From the NCBI GenBank assembly GCA_028877265.1, contig JAPPGX010000016.1, forward strand, positions 1,265 to 65,264: 64,000 nt of DNA, written 5' to 3'. The DNA comes from Acidobacteriota bacterium (GTDB lineage Bacteria > Acidobacteriota > Vicinamibacteria > Marinacidobacterales > Marinacidobacteraceae). The translations under genes were made by a program, and so were the position numbers. Position 1 is the stretch's first letter; each line of letters starts with the position of its first letter. Below, one piece after another: positions 63,243-64,000 of this stretch. Under the pieces are notes generated by a model. That model worked only from the letters and a program-made list of their open reading frames with translations. It had not been told where the DNA came from and did not search any database.

Positions 63243-64000
63243 GCCGATTGCTGGTTGCGGCCGCCGGTAGTGGCGGGCACATCTACCCGGGTCTCGCGGT
63301 GGCCCGCGCCTTTGCCGAGCGGGGACCCGCCGAAGTCCGGTTCGTGGGCACGGCGGCCGGGCTCGAAGGGCGCCTCGTGCCGCAGCACGGGTTCGCACTC
63401 GAACTCGTGGAGGTGCCGCCCATCCGCGGCCGGTCGCCCCTCGTCCTGCCGCGCACGTCGGTCCGGCTCCTCCGCTCGCTCCGCCAGATGCGCCGGCTCC
63501 TGAGGGAGTTCCGTCCCGAAGTGGTGTTCGGAACCGGCGGCTCGGTCTCCGGGGTGGCGGTGTTCGCCGCCCGGCTCCTCGGCATCCCGTCGCTGATCCT
63601 GGAGCCCAATGCGGAGCCCGGATTCGCGACCCGGTGGAGCGCTCCCTTCGCCACCGAGGTCGCCGTCGCCTGGGAGGGCACCCGGCGGCACTTCCGGCGC
63701 CGGGCGCTGCTCTCCGGAGTCCCCGTCCGCCGGGAGTTCCTCGGGCTGGCGCCGGCCCCCGGGAACAACGGGACCGTGTCCGTGCTCGTCACCGGCGGCA
63801 GCCAGGGAGCTTCGCGGCTGAACCGCCTGGTGACGGCCGCGCTGCCGGAGCTTCGCGCATGGGGCGGCCGGTTGCGGATCACCCATCAGACGGGTCCCGC
63901 CGAGGAAGCGCGGGTCCGCAAGGTGTATCGCGATGCGGGGCTCGGCGCGGATGTCGTGGCGTATCTCGACGACATGCCCCGGGCGATGGCGGCCGCGGAC
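63239..64000 (+). CDS. murG: UDP-N-acetylglucosamine--N-acetylmuramyl-(pentapeptide) pyrophosphoryl-undecaprenol GlcNAc transferase, 3'-truncated by the window edge
   Basis: Not in the track as a closed ORF. GTG 63239 overlaps the ftsW stop. My translation VSRLLVAAAGSGGHIYPGLAVARAF...VFGTGGSVSG...VLVTGGSQGA shows the MurG G-loops. Confidence 0.88.
   Translation, partial: MSRLLVAAAGSGGHIYPGLAVARAFAERGPAEVRFVGTAAGLEGRLVPQHGFALELVEVPPIRGRSPLVLPRTSVRLLRSLRQMRRLLREFRPEVVFGTGGSVSGVAVFAARLLGIPSLILEPNAEPGFATRWSAPFATEVAVAWEGTRRHFRRRALLSGVPVRREFLGLAPAPGNNGTVSVLVTGGSQGASRLNRLVTAALPELRAWGGRLRITHQTGPAEEARVRKVYRDAGLGADVVAYLDDMPRAMAAAD

Noticed and set aside
1-64000. tRNA, rRNA, CRISPR arrays, insertion sequences, integrases, phage genes, toxin-antitoxin or restriction/defence genes.
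   Set aside because: I inspected all intergenic gaps longer than 50 nt. None contains a cloverleaf-like tRNA, an rRNA-like stretch or spaced direct repeats. No ORF shows transposase, integrase, nuclease or helicase defence signatures.

Overview
This is a 64-kb slice of a high-G+C (roughly 70% by eye) bacterial chromosome. It is densely coding: about 58 CDS that I can support. I found no rRNA, tRNA, CRISPR array, transposase, integrase or phage gene. Most of the window is ordinary core genome:
- folC-accD
- acyl-CoA synthetase, gatB, udk and an MqnA/MqnD-family gene
- coaX and acnA
- rho-rplU-rpmA-obg-nadD-rsfS
- a LapA/LapB-like fusion
- a type IIA topoisomerase A/B pair
- ychF
- the 5' half of a dcw cell-wall cluster (mraZ-rsmH-ftsL-ftsI-murE-murF-mraY-murD-ftsW-murG, running off the 3' edge)

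The accessory-looking parts are:
1. Three tandem paralogous DUF4013-like membrane proteins plus a Yip1-like membrane protein (15.6-18.8 kb).
2. A compositionally lighter BlaI / BlaR1(M56)-TonB_C pair with an AT-rich palindromic operator (18.8-20.9 kb).
3. A minus-strand scavenging block: cstA, amidohydrolase, ggt, FGE-like protein and a CarboxypepD_reg TonB-dependent receptor (22.9-32.4 kb).
4. A translationally coupled set of ECF sigma, STAS protein, a 93-aa orphan and a DUF1573 protein, with no recognisable anti-sigma factor (44.7-46.3 kb).

At the nucleotide level I see:
- two small families of conserved intergenic hairpin repeats (REP-like)
- recurrent TAGAAT/TAGACT/TAGGAT -10-like boxes placed 6-10 nt upstream of start codons that lack a Shine-Dalgarno (suggesting leaderless mRNAs)
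- a phased GTGG array upstream of mraZ
- a mirror-repeat/hairpin structure in the lysE/acyl-CoA-synthetase intergenic region

Nothing here is an obvious defence island or biosynthetic cluster. The candidate novel systems are inferences from gene context and need database and experimental checks. The many long Arg/Pro/Gly-rich ORFs in the six-frame track are high-GC antisense or out-of-frame artefacts.
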